In this document: one piece after another, positions 1-9,730 of the stretch
Numbering within the stretch: position 1 is the first letter of the stretch
Layout: each line of letters starts with the position of its first letter
DNA from: Spirochaetia bacterium
GTDB taxonomy: Bacteria; Spirochaetota; Spirochaetia; SP-2023
DNA: 64,000 bases
Assembly: GCA_965263295.1 (NCBI GenBank)
Contig: OZ253665.1
Span: 1,696,001 to 1,760,000, forward strand
Reading direction: 5' to 3'
The notes under the pieces: model-generated
Database searches by the model: none
What the model saw: only the letters and a program-made list of their open reading frames with translations
What the model was told of the DNA's origin: nothing
Position numbers and translations under genes: made by a program

Positions 1-641
1 CTTTGGCACATGTGGCAGAGAAATGCAGTTTTTCCTGTATTGGCTTTGCCGACAATACCAATCGTGCGCACATAAGCATTTTCGATGGCCTTATTCAAAA
101 TCTCCGTCAAGCTAGCATCTAGCAGAATGTCTTCTTCGCACTTTTCAAGGAAGTTCTGTTCGTTGTGGTCCGGATTAATGGCAATCGGCTCCTGAATTTC
201 CTTGCCAAAAGCAGAAATCTGGACACTATAATGCAGCACTGGATTGTTCTCCTCAAACAACCAGATTCTATTGTCCGCTGGTATTTGCAGTAAATAAGTA
301 CGTATCTTACGCGCAATTAGCTTGGCTTCTATATTAGTCTTAAAAATTAGGATATTAAATTCAAAAATATGTTTAGAATCAACGAGTAAATTTTTTAGCT
401 GTAAAGCAAATTTTAGAGTATGCAACAGACTATTTAATCGTGTATTTTGCGACTTAAACAATATATAATTCAATTCAATATGCTCTTCCGAGTCTAAGTG
501 AAACTGGGCAGCAATTTGCTGAATGCGCTCAAAATCCTTGCTACAAATACCGCGGCGCAACTTGTATAACTTATTTAGGAACAATATCTCCAAACCAAGA
601 ACATAAGCGCTATTATTACAATAGTTTTCCACTGACGACAT
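1..641 (-). CDS. P-loop NTPase-containing protein, runs off the window edge (3' partial)
   Basis: Manual translation: open frame from ATG at 641 (MSSVENYCNN...) to the window edge, with Walker A-like IGIVGKANTGKTAFL near position 20-65; starts 7 nt after the aspartate kinase stop; absent from the ORF track because it has no stop in the window. Confidence 0.7.
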   Translation of the reverse strand, partial: MSSVENYCNNSAYVLGLEILFLNKLYKLRRGICSKDFERIQQIAAQFHLDSEEHIELNYILFKSQNTRLNSLLHTLKFALQLKNLLVDSKHIFEFNILIFKTNIEAKLIARKIRTYLLQIPADNRIWLFEENNPVLHYSVQISAFGKEIQEPIAINPDHNEQNFLEKCEEDILLDASLTEILNKAIENAYVRTIGIVGKANTGKTAFLCHMCQ

Positions 642-648
642 ACCAAAT

Positions 649-2094
649 TCAAGTTGATTCATTCAAATAATTTTGATGCAAATAGCGAATCGTTTTAGCT
701 TGATCCTTATGTTTAATAATAAATGAAATATTATTTTCTGTTATATCCTGGCCAATAGCCAAAATATTGATGCCCATTTCGGCCAAGCCGCTAAAGATTC
801 CTCCTACAGTTCCGACCTTACCGCACATTTGCTCCCCGATAACCGAAATAATGCTAATGTCCGCCTCTTCCTGGGGAGTGGCAAAATTGCCGCTGTATAA
901 CTCTCGCTCAAATTCACTAGAAATAGCGGAAATGGCGGCTGCAATTTGGTTCTTGTAAATACTCAGACAAAGTTTGTTGTCAGCGGTCACTCGGATAACC
1001 ATGATGGGCTCAATCTTGTGGCGCTCAAAAGTCTGGAAAACCCGCGACAGAAATTTGACTGAACTCAGGAACATACCATCCAGCAACAGCAAGCTGGCAT
1101 CATCAACATGGCTAATAGCAGTCAGGAGCCGGGGCTGCCCCTGCAGCATATTGCGTTGCGGTTGAATAATTGTCCCCGGCTCATCGGGATTAAAAGTGTT
1201 ACAAATACGCACCGGACAAGGGTGATGGATAATTGGCAGCAGAGTCTGGCAATGGATAACCTTTGCGCCAAAATAAGCCATTTCCATGGCTTCTTCAACA
1301 CTCATTTCACGAATAATTGCAGCTTCAGGCACAATGCATGGATCCGTAGTCAAAATGCCGTCGACATCAGTCCATATCTCCACTGAGTCCGCCTCAAGGC
1401 CATAAGCTAAAATAGTAGCCGAATAGTCACTGCCATTGCGCCCCAATACGGTAGTGCGACCACTGGGATTAGCGGCAATAAAGCCAGGAAAAACATTAAC
1501 CTGACGCATCTTATCCCGCTGGGCCGCAATATTGGCACGACATAATGACAAATCAACATTGGTACGGTCACTGTGCTTCTTACTGATAATAAACTGGCGA
1601 CTATCAAACCAAGCACAATTAATACCGTTGTCCTCCAAATACATAGCGAAAAGTCTTGAAGACAACAATTCACCTTGCGGCAACAACAATTCCTGCAACT
1701 CTGCAGACAAGTCATTCTGCAGAGCAATCGTCTCTAATATGGCAATGATATTGGCAAAAATTTCATCGGCTAACAGTACAAAATTAGCGTAACGCTGATC
1801 GCCCAGCAGGGCCTGTGCCGTATCAAAATGGCGTTGACGCAAGGGAGCCAGCTCCTCGGCCAATCTTCTTTTACGTTGGGCGCTCGTTTCTTTAGCTTGG
1901 CCATAACTCAATATGGCCAAATCCTGTAACTGGGTCGTAACCCCACCCATTGCCGACAAAACCAGACTCAGTACCGGCTCCTCTGGCTTACCCCCATTAC
2001 TACTGTCTGCCAACTTAGCTTTGACAATCTCCAGAACCTGGCACATGGACTGAGCGCTCGCCAACGAAGTCCCGCCAAATTTTGCTATTTGCAT
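649..2094 (-). CDS. lysC: Aspartate kinase with C-terminal ACT domains
   Basis: KFGGTS, SAMGGVT, LGRNGSDYSA, WTDVDG, EMAYFGAKV motifs; ACT-like C-terminus; no homoserine dehydrogenase domain. Confidence 0.9.
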   Translation of the reverse strand: MQIAKFGGTSLASAQSMCQVLEIVKAKLADSSNGGKPEEPVLSLVLSAMGGVTTQLQDLAILSYGQAKETSAQRKRRLAEELAPLRQRHFDTAQALLGDQRYANFVLLADEIFANIIAILETIALQNDLSAELQELLLPQGELLSSRLFAMYLEDNGINCAWFDSRQFIISKKHSDRTNVDLSLCRANIAAQRDKMRQVNVFPGFIAANPSGRTTVLGRNGSDYSATILAYGLEADSVEIWTDVDGILTTDPCIVPEAAIIREMSVEEAMEMAYFGAKVIHCQTLLPIIHHPCPVRICNTFNPDEPGTIIQPQRNMLQGQPRLLTAISHVDDASLLLLDGMFLSSVKFLSRVFQTFERHKIEPIMVIRVTADNKLCLSIYKNQIAAAISAISSEFERELYSGNFATPQEEADISIISVIGEQMCGKVGTVGGIFSGLAEMGINILAIGQDITENNISFIIKHKDQAKTIRYLHQNYLNEST

Positions 2095-2125
2095 CTTTAA
2101 TACCTACTACATTTTAAGGGTTAAA

Positions 2126-4894
2126 TCAGAAATTTTCCTGCCGATTCTCCAATTGCTTTCTCTCAATATAGGCGGGCAATATATCGCTGTAAAAAAATCT
2201 CTGTAACGTGACCAAGCGCTCCTCAATAGCCTCAGACTGCGTTTCAAAGCGCAACGTCATATTTCTGACCATCGTCTCATTAGGCTCCTTGAGGTTACGC
2301 AGTTTCACCAGTTCTGAGCGCAAGCGATAAAACTCATAGTGAGCTCCGACCAGCTCGCGAAATTCAGGATAATCCTTAAAGTAAATATTGCCGTAATCTT
2401 GGATCCAGGACTCCAGGCGGGTATCGTTATAATTGCCAGCATTATCCTCTGTCAACTGACTATTGCCGCTCCACACCAACATATCATTGGTTTCTTTACG
2501 TTTTTCCTGCAACTCAATAAACAGGGCACCAAAGTCATTGTTCATATTGAAATTTGCCTGCTCATCCTCTGCCAAAGTAAACAGAGATACCTGCTTGAGC
2601 AGATCCTGCATGTTGTTAAAGGTCAAACGGGACATGCGCGAATTGCTTTTTTGCAAGGTTTCAATAGAGAGGCTCTGCTGGGCCAAGTTAGAAACCCGCG
2701 AAAGGTTTCGTTGTGAAAAGTTGTCAATTTCTTCAAGTAGGTGTTCAATGTTAATGACCGACTCTTGCACACTATTGGTATGTTGTAGTAGCGTTCCCGA
2801 TTTCTCGTTGAGCTCACTCATCGAGTTGTTAATTTCTTGCGAACCAGCAGAAATTTCTTCAGCACTGCCGGCAATACTACTAAAAGCCTGAACAAACTTT
2901 AGTACCTGACGTTCAATCTGACCAAAGGTATTTGAATTCTCTTCACTTGAAAGCTTGGCTTGCTCGATAATTCCCACCATAGTCGTCAGAGTATTGTGAA
3001 TACTCGTTGAATTTTCTGCCGTATTCTCAGCTAGCTGACGGATTTCATCGGCAACCACAGCAAATCCTTTGCCACTCTCACCGGCATGTGCCGCCTCAAT
3101 GGCCGCATTCATAGCCAAAAGGTTGGTCTGCTGCGAAATCTCGTTAATAATAGTAATCACTTCGCGCATTTGAGTAATATTGTCCGAAATACTCTCAATC
3201 GTCCCCGTCAAATCTTCCATTGAAGCTGTACCTTCACGCGTGACCTGAATCAGATGGTCCGAAGAACGACGACTTTCCGCAGCAATGCTGGACATGTTTG
3301 AAATTCCCGCATTCATCTCTTCCATAGCAACTGAAGTCTGGCTCACGGCAGCTGAAGAATCCATCACGAGCTGCGACTCTTCTTCGGTAATTCGGCGCAC
3401 ATTACTAGCCGCGTTGGCAGCCCGCTGCGCAGCATTCTGCAGTTCAATTGAGCCCTCATGCGCCTGCCCTAGATGGCCGGTAATATTACTCGCCATACCG
3501 CGCACGATATTATTCGTGTTCATCAGGTTTTCCATAGCGTGCTGGCCACCTGAAACCAGAGCCCGCACCGAAGCCAGACTACGGCTAAAATTATTCAACG
3601 AGGTCATCATAATTTTGGCCAAAGTTCCCATCTCATTGCGGCTATTAAACACTAAAACACTCTTGTCCGTGGCTAGGTTACCGCGCCCGACATCCTGCAT
3701 AACAGCCGTCATACTGGAAATTGGATTCAGAAAATATGAAGTTAGAGCAAAGATAAATAACGTCAACAAAACTAAAATGGCAAAAATGATAATCCAGATT
3801 GTAACAAAACGGCCATTAATATAAATATCTATCTCCTTTTCAGGAGTAATGAGTACAAGATTCCAGTCTTCAATGCCTATTTCCGAGACCGTTACCCAAA
3901 ACGAGCCCGCCGCATTCAAGCTATTGATACCAGTAAACTCTCCGCGAAGGACAAGATTTAAGTTCTCTTCGTCATCATATTCTTCCATATTAGTGCGTGA
4001 ACGCAGGATATCACCGAGCTGAGGGTCAAAGACCACGTTATCGCGGTAAACGTTAACTTTATTTTTTACCAGAGTAAAATCAGGATGGTGAATCACATTG
4101 CCTAGGCTATCCACGATATAGCCGAAAGAACCCTCAAAATAATATTCCCATTTAGAGACGACATTGGCAACAAAAGCGGTGTAACTCGTGTTGATGACGT
4201 AGGCCCCCAAAATCTCGCCCTCAGCCTGAATTTGGTCCTCAAAAATCGGGATTGCCACAATAAAAGTGTATTGGTTGGAATTGACTTCATAATTGGGCTC
4301 AGTCACAACTAATGCACGGCGCTCTGTGACCAACTTATTATACCAAGGCTGGCTGTTCGCCAAGTAAGTAATTCCTACAGACAAGTTACGGGCCAATATA
4401 TCCTGGGTCTTGTCATTAATAACATATACCCAGACTAAATCCGGGTAAGTTTCTTTCATTTGAGCAATTGAATTATTAAAACTTTCTAACTGCGACTGCA
4501 ACTGGGGATCGACGGGGACATTCTGATCGTGTACAGGTATTGAGTTTAGCAACAGGCGCTCGGATACATTATAGTTGTCCAACAACTGTGCCACCACGGA
4601 ATCATCCTGCTGCTGAGGCTCACGAAAATAGAAACGCTCATTTATACCCTCTAGTAGTACTCGATATGAAGGAACCTGAGCTAACACATTAATCATTGTG
4701 TTGCGTTCACTAAAATATTGATTAACTGACTTGGCATAGCCACTGGTGTCATTTTTGATAATATTCTCAAGGTTTTCACGCACCACACTGCTGAACAGGA
4801 AGATAAACATCCCGACAAAAACACCCATAGAGGGTATCAAAGCCGCCAGCAACCAAATTGTAAAGATCCATTTTAAAGATCGGCTTTTCTTCAT
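2126..4894 (-). CDS. Methyl-accepting chemotaxis protein (TM-Cache-TM-HAMP-MA plus C-terminal CZB-like domain)
   Basis: [38 protein letters not shown] signalling hairpin; two TM segments; Cache-like PWY...TEPNY and [15 protein letters not shown]. Confidence 0.93.
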   Translation of the reverse strand: MKKSRSLKWIFTIWLLAALIPSMGVFVGMFIFLFSSVVRENLENIIKNDTSGYAKSVNQYFSERNTMINVLAQVPSYRVLLEGINERFYFREPQQQDDSVVAQLLDNYNVSERLLLNSIPVHDQNVPVDPQLQSQLESFNNSIAQMKETYPDLVWVYVINDKTQDILARNLSVGITYLANSQPWYNKLVTERRALVVTEPNYEVNSNQYTFIVAIPIFEDQIQAEGEILGAYVINTSYTAFVANVVSKWEYYFEGSFGYIVDSLGNVIHHPDFTLVKNKVNVYRDNVVFDPQLGDILRSRTNMEEYDDEENLNLVLRGEFTGINSLNAAGSFWVTVSEIGIEDWNLVLITPEKEIDIYINGRFVTIWIIIFAILVLLTLFIFALTSYFLNPISSMTAVMQDVGRGNLATDKSVLVFNSRNEMGTLAKIMMTSLNNFSRSLASVRALVSGGQHAMENLMNTNNIVRGMASNITGHLGQAHEGSIELQNAAQRAANAASNVRRITEEESQLVMDSSAAVSQTSVAMEEMNAGISNMSSIAAESRRSSDHLIQVTREGTASMEDLTGTIESISDNITQMREVITIINEISQQTNLLAMNAAIEAAHAGESGKGFAVVADEIRQLAENTAENSTSIHNTLTTMVGIIEQAKLSSEENSNTFGQIERQVLKFVQAFSSIAGSAEEISAGSQEINNSMSELNEKSGTLLQHTNSVQESVINIEHLLEEIDNFSQRNLSRVSNLAQQSLSIETLQKSNSRMSRLTFNNMQDLLKQVSLFTLAEDEQANFNMNNDFGALFIELQEKRKETNDMLVWSGNSQLTEDNAGNYNDTRLESWIQDYGNIYFKDYPEFRELVGAHYEFYRLRSELVKLRNLKEPNETMVRNMTLRFETQSEAIEERLVTLQRFFYSDILPAYIERKQLENRQENF

Positions 4895-5313
4895 TGTTCT
4901 CCCGTCCCCCTACGAAGATAAGGCATGGCTATTAAACCTAGCATCTAAGCAGAAAGGGCAGGTCTCCGCAAGGTCTTTTCATAGGGTTTTCTGATATGGC
5001 AACAGTTTCATGCAATCAAAGTGCCTGCTGATCTAGTCAATTATACAACTGGCCGAGGTGTTAATTGCGCCAACAATTGTAGAGTGGGTCAATCGCAAAT
5101 CTCACCCACGATAGGAGCAACTTTACTATCTAAGGTTCTCAAGCACAAATACGCTCACTAGTTTGCGATGTCGCAGCCTCTGTTTCTTCTGCCCACCACA
5201 CACAACAGCTCTGGTTCTCGGAAAATTGAGACCTATTCGCTGAGCACCAACATACTGGCGCCAAGAATTCAAGCGGTAAAAAACGCCCGCAACAGAAAAA
5301 ATTCCTTTACTTT

Positions 5314-6049
5314 TTATATACATTTCAGGCGACCCTCAAAATGACTGTAAACATGATCGTTGGCAAAGCCGTCCACATTCTGGCTGAAGAAAACTTGCGG
5401 AATTATTCCCCGCGAAAGAGCTGCCTTTTGTACTTCGACACATATTGTTTTCAGAAGGGCCATCCCCGCAATGCTGGAAAAGACTCCGCTCACGTTGTCA
5501 CCGACCTGACAAAGACCATCTCCCGGCGGGACTTTGTTGTCCGGCACAATGTCGGCGACTTGCAGCGACTTCAGGCCCGAACTGTGCCGGCTCGGATAGC
5601 GGGAAGACTGCTCCAGTGAAATGATCGCAATCACCTGATGCCCTTCGCGCTTTGGACTTTGCGCTTTGGATTTGGGGCAAATTCAATGGGCAGAGCATTG
5701 CGCCCGGAATTGGAGACGACAACCTCACCTTTATTTATGTTCTGGTCTTCCTACAAAATATCGGCAAGGCCCGGCAGTTTTTCCATAACCGCGCCGCGCC
5801 GCGCCGCACGCCATCGGCCGTCTGGACTGTGGAGTCCCCAATCGCATTGACATTTCCCAGGCCTCCCGCGCGGATAAATCCTTCCAGGGCAAACATGTTT
5901 GAATGGCCCGTACACAAGACCTGGATCATCGCACAAATAGCCTCGGCAAAAAGGTGGACGGCCGGTCAATCGCCGCAAGGTTCTCTGTTCCCAGCCGCGG
6001 CAGCGCGATTTTGGACTTGTCTTTTTAGCTTGTCCATGTATTCCAACAT
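5314..6049 (-). pseudogene. SIS-domain sugar isomerase-like protein (UPF0309-like), disrupted
   Basis: Fragments in different frames: TGHS..ALEGFIRAGGL / MEKLPGLADIL* / VSNSGRNALPIEFA / VIAIISLEQSSRYPSRHSSG..L..VADIV.DNKVPPGD; in-frame TAG at 5751-5753; frameshifts at tandem duplications near 5790 and 5647-5673. Confidence 0.75.
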
Positions 6050-6195
6050 GATATTTCCATCTTCTCTGCGCCATGAGGTCTCATGGAGGTCTCATGAGGT
6101 CTAGCGGCCGTCCAGCGGCCACCAAGTTGCTGGGATCAGTCTGTGTCTTGCCAGACCGCCCGGCCTCATGCCCCGCTAAAATGCGTCGAAAAAAG

Positions 6196-7059
6196 TCAGT
6201 CGCATTCCCCCGGTTTCCATCGATCCGATTTCTGCCGATAGCGGTAAAAATGATCTACTGGCCCATTGCCCGCCCCAATTTTCAAGTAGCTTCCCGCAAG
6301 CAAAGCCCCGTGCAGGTAGGCAATCGCACTGCGCACGGCCTCTTCGAGGGGCAGCCGCAGAGCCAGAAAGCTGGCAATGGCCGCCGACAGGGTGCAGCCG
6401 GTTCCGTGCGTGTTGGCCGTATTGATGCGTTTTGTCGTAAAAGCGGAAGTTTTTTTATCGCGCCAGTTATACAACATGTCCGTCAGTTCGGCCGAGGCAA
6501 AATGCCCACCCTTGAACAGGACAGAGCTTTGGTACTTTGTCGCAATTTCCTCGGTATCCGCAGCCAGCGGCTCCGGCGACGATATTTTCCTTCCGAGCAA
6601 GATTTCGGCTTCAGCCAAATTCGGAGTGATGATATCGGCCAGCGGCAACAATTCTTGCCTCAAGGCGTCAATGGCGCTGTCCTGCAACAACTTATCGCCG
6701 CAAGTGGCCACCATCACGGGATCCAGAACGACGTATTCGGGGCGATATTGCAACAGGGCTTGCGCGACGATTTGAATCGTTTCCACGTTGTGCAACATGC
6801 CGATTTTTACCGCTGCAAAATGGATATCCTCAAATACGGCTGTCAATTGCTTTTCCAGATTCGCCGCGGAGACCGGCTCTATCGCCGCAACTCCCAGAGT
6901 GTTCTGGGCCGTGACCGCCGTGATTACCGAGGCCGCGTAGCAACCGCAGACCGTAATGGTTTTTATATCGGCCTGAATGCCGGCTCCGCCGCCAGAGTCA
7001 CTGCCGGCAATGCTGAGCACCGCCGGGCAGGCGGCGATATTTTCGGCCATATCTGCCAT
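6196..7059 (-). CDS. thiD: Hydroxymethylpyrimidine/phosphomethylpyrimidine kinase
   Basis: VLSIAGSDSGGGAGIQADIKT, LDPVMVAT, TPNLAEA, NTHGTGCTLSAA; ATG at 7059 overlaps the tenA TAA (alternative start 7071). Confidence 0.95.
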   Translation of the reverse strand: MADMAENIAACPAVLSIAGSDSGGGAGIQADIKTITVCGCYAASVITAVTAQNTLGVAAIEPVSAANLEKQLTAVFEDIHFAAVKIGMLHNVETIQIVAQALLQYRPEYVVLDPVMVATCGDKLLQDSAIDALRQELLPLADIITPNLAEAEILLGRKISSPEPLAADTEEIATKYQSSVLFKGGHFASAELTDMLYNWRDKKTSAFTTKRINTANTHGTGCTLSAAIASFLALRLPLEEAVRSAIAYLHGALLAGSYLKIGAGNGPVDHFYRYRQKSDRWKPGECD

Positions 7060-7727
7060 TATATTTTCCACTGTTCGCGCCGGTAGGCGCTATCCCAGAA
7101 GAGCCACTCCATTTTCGCGGCCGTGACAAAGGCCGCTGTCATCTCGGCCCGCCGGCTGGCGCCACATTCCAGAGCCGCGCCGTCGGTCAGTTCAATCGCC
7201 TGGGCGACCGAACGGCCGAAGGCTTCGCCACCGTACGTGTCAATCCAGTCCTGATATGGGTTGTCGTCGCGGCTCTGCGTCTGCACGACATAATGGCCCA
7301 CCTCGTGGTAAATCCAGAAACAGGGCAGTACCGTTGCCATGGCCACCTCCACCGCGCGGTTGGCCAACTGGGCATACATGTAGCTGCTGTACAACAAACA
7401 CGACGGCGAGGGTCTGGAATTTTCAGGGTCCTGACTTTGCGCGGCAGCGAAATTCCCTAAAAACTTTTCGTGCAGGGCTGTTTCGACCTCGACAGTTTGG
7501 GTGGCAAAGTGCAAATAGAGCTGGCGGTCTCCAGCGTTTTCCAGCTTGGCCGCAATCCCCGCCAACACCCGGCCAAAATCGGCTATATAAAGGGCATCCT
7601 GCCGCATGTAAAATATGAATTTGGCTCGCTCCAGCACACCTTGCTTCAATTCTTCAATAAAAGGGTGACGGCATATCTCTTGATACACGGGAAGTATCGC
7701 TTGCCATGCCTCCTCGCTCCATTTCAT
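7059..7727 (-). CDS. tenA: Thiaminase II / aminopyrimidine aminohydrolase
   Basis: HPFIEEL, FYMRQDALY, LPCFWIY (catalytic Cys), NPYQDWIDTY, EWLFWDSAY; lies in the thi operon. Confidence 0.93.
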   Translation of the reverse strand: MKWSEEAWQAILPVYQEICRHPFIEELKQGVLERAKFIFYMRQDALYIADFGRVLAGIAAKLENAGDRQLYLHFATQTVEVETALHEKFLGNFAAAQSQDPENSRPSPSCLLYSSYMYAQLANRAVEVAMATVLPCFWIYHEVGHYVVQTQSRDDNPYQDWIDTYGGEAFGRSVAQAIELTDGAALECGASRRAEMTAAFVTAAKMEWLFWDSAYRREQWKI

Positions 7728-7779
7728 TGCGCTCCCTCACTTTCTCTCTAATGGGCTATTCTGGGCATCCTAGGCCATC

Positions 7780-8439
7780 TTAAGCACGGGCAGCTTTCGC
7801 GCGGCCCTGCATCCCGCGCAAGATTTTTTCTTTCAGCGCCGCCGCCGCGCTTTGGGGATCTTCCGCCCTCAGCAGCGCCGAGACGACGGCAATGCCGTCG
7901 ACGCCGGCGCCCACGACGGCATCGACGTTGTCGATGTTGATCCCGCCGATGGCGACGGTCTTGTGCTGCGTGTTGCGCGCGGCTTCCGCCGCGCCGGCGA
8001 CGCCAAAAGCCGCGCGGGTATCCGGCTTGGTCGCCGTCGAAAAGACGGCGGAAATGCCCAGATAGTCGACGTCCAGCGAGTTTGCCTCCGCGAGCTGCCG
8101 CATATTTTCGACGGAGAGGCCGATAATCTTCTGCTCCCCGAGCAGGCCGCGCGCAATGGCATAAGGCATGTCGCCCTGCCCGATATGCACGCCGTCCGCA
8201 TCCACGGCCATGGCGATGTCGATGCGATCATTGACGATCAGGGGAATATTATGGGAATTCGCAACCCGCTTCAATGCCTGGGCCAAGGCCAGAAACGAGC
8301 GGGTATCTGAATTCTTTTCGCGCACCTGCAACATGGTGACTCCGCCCGCGATCGCCCGCTCGACAAAATCGGGCAGCCTCTGGCTGGCGACCATGGCAGA
8401 ATCGGTTACCAGGTAGAGCCGCGGATCAAATCGCCTCAT
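7780..8439 (-). CDS. thiE: Thiamine-phosphate synthase
   Basis: LYLVTD, QVREK, NDRIDIA, GVHIGQGD, TATKPD, AIGGI, GIAVVSA. Confidence 0.95.
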   Translation of the reverse strand: MRRFDPRLYLVTDSAMVASQRLPDFVERAIAGGVTMLQVREKNSDTRSFLALAQALKRVANSHNIPLIVNDRIDIAMAVDADGVHIGQGDMPYAIARGLLGEQKIIGLSVENMRQLAEANSLDVDYLGISAVFSTATKPDTRAAFGVAGAAEAARNTQHKTVAIGGINIDNVDAVVGAGVDGIAVVSALLRAEDPQSAAAALKEKILRGMQGRAKAARA

Positions 8440-9314
8440 TCGCTCTTACAATACTTTTGTATGTCGGCGGAATTCATTCTACTCAGCGCGTCGAGGAAAT
8501 GAAGCTGCAGCGTGCCGGGACCGCAGGCCTGCTCGGCCGCGATTTCACCGCCAATTCCCATCACGGCCATGGCGCTGACGCAGGCCGGCATCGCATCGGC
8601 CGCGGAGACTGCGGAGGCCGCAAAGGCGGCACACAAAGCCGAGGCGGTGCAGCCCAGCCCCGTGACCTGCGTCATCAGCGCCGTCCCGTTGGCCACCGTC
8701 ACGGAACTTTTTCCGTCGGTGATGTAGTCACTGGCGCCGCTGGTCACCACCACCGCCCGCATTTCCGCAGCCAGTTCCATCGACAGTTCCCAGGCCGCCT
8801 GTTGCCCCTCGGCGGAATCCATGCTGCTGTCGACGCCCCTCGTCCTTGTCGAAGTTGTCGAAGCGCCGCGCAAAGCCACGATTTCCGAAGCATTGCCCCG
8901 AATGATGGTCGGGCAACAGCTCTGCAGGATTTTTAAGCAGGTCTGGGTTCGATACTTTGTGGCCCCCGCGCCCACCGGATCCAGCACAATCGGGATATTT
9001 TTCTGCTTTGCGGCCTGGCCCGCAGCCAGCATACTCTCGACCCAGCGCGGACTCAGTGTGCCGATATTCAGTACGAGAGCGTCGGCAATGCCGACCATCT
9101 CCTCGACCTCTTCAAGCGCGTGCGCCATGACCGGCGCCGCGCCAACGGCCAGCAGGGCATTGGCCGTATTATTCATAACGACAAAATTGGTTATATTGTG
9201 CACGAGCGGGCGCTTCTGACGCAAGAGCTCCAGACTGTGCGCAACGGCAATCGCCCGTTCGGTTTTTCGGGGTTTTTCGGGGTTTCTAATGTCGCTTGCT
9301 TCGCGTATTTCCAT
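8436..9314 (-). CDS. thiM: Hydroxyethylthiazole kinase
   Basis: PLVHNITNFV, ANALLAVGAAPVMA, NIGTL, LDPVGAGAT, IRGNASEI, VTGLGC. Confidence 0.95.
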   Translation of the reverse strand: MEIREASDIRNPEKPRKTERAIAVAHSLELLRQKRPLVHNITNFVVMNNTANALLAVGAAPVMAHALEEVEEMVGIADALVLNIGTLSPRWVESMLAAGQAAKQKNIPIVLDPVGAGATKYRTQTCLKILQSCCPTIIRGNASEIVALRGASTTSTRTRGVDSSMDSAEGQQAAWELSMELAAEMRAVVVTSGASDYITDGKSSVTVANGTALMTQVTGLGCTASALCAAFAASAVSAADAMPACVSAMAVMGIGGEIAAEQACGPGTLQLHFLDALSRMNSADIQKYCKSE

Positions 9315-9401
9315 GGATTAACTTTCCTCACTTTCATTTTGAATTTTGCAATAATTCATAAGAAATGAAGCGACAAATAAAATTAATCCCGACTGCAGCA
9401 T

Positions 9402-9471
9402 CATTCCCTACGCTGGTACGAACCAGATCAGGTCAACGGGTATTATCTCAGCCTCGCGGCACCCCGAAATG
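9402..9471 (-). promoter_or_regulatory. TPP riboswitch (THI-box)
   Basis: Minus strand reads CATTTC-GGGGTGC..GCTGAGA..ATACCCG-TTGACCTGATCTGGTTCGTACCAGCGTAG-GGAATG, matching the THI-box consensus with P1 pairing CAUUUC/GGAAUG, about 90 nt upstream of thiM. Confidence 0.95.
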
Positions 9472-9730
9472 TCTCTAAAACATCACTGACAACTATTGGC
9501 TATTCAGTTAGCTTTCGTGCCCAAGAATATCCCAACTCAAAGCGGAGATCAAGCGGAAATCCGGCGAAAAACATTGGTTCCAATTGGTTCCATTGGTTTT
9601 GGCCGTTTTCCCGCCATTTTCTCGTTATTTTTTCTTTTTTTGGGGGGGCATTTGTCGCGATGCTCGGTCAAACTTCACTAATGCTTCACAATCAATTCTG
9701 CCACAGCGCCTGCCCCCGTGAGTTCCCCTT

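Noticed and set aside
6073..7086. 337-aa plus-strand ORF
   Set aside because: Antisense shadow of thiD in GC-rich sequence; no motifs
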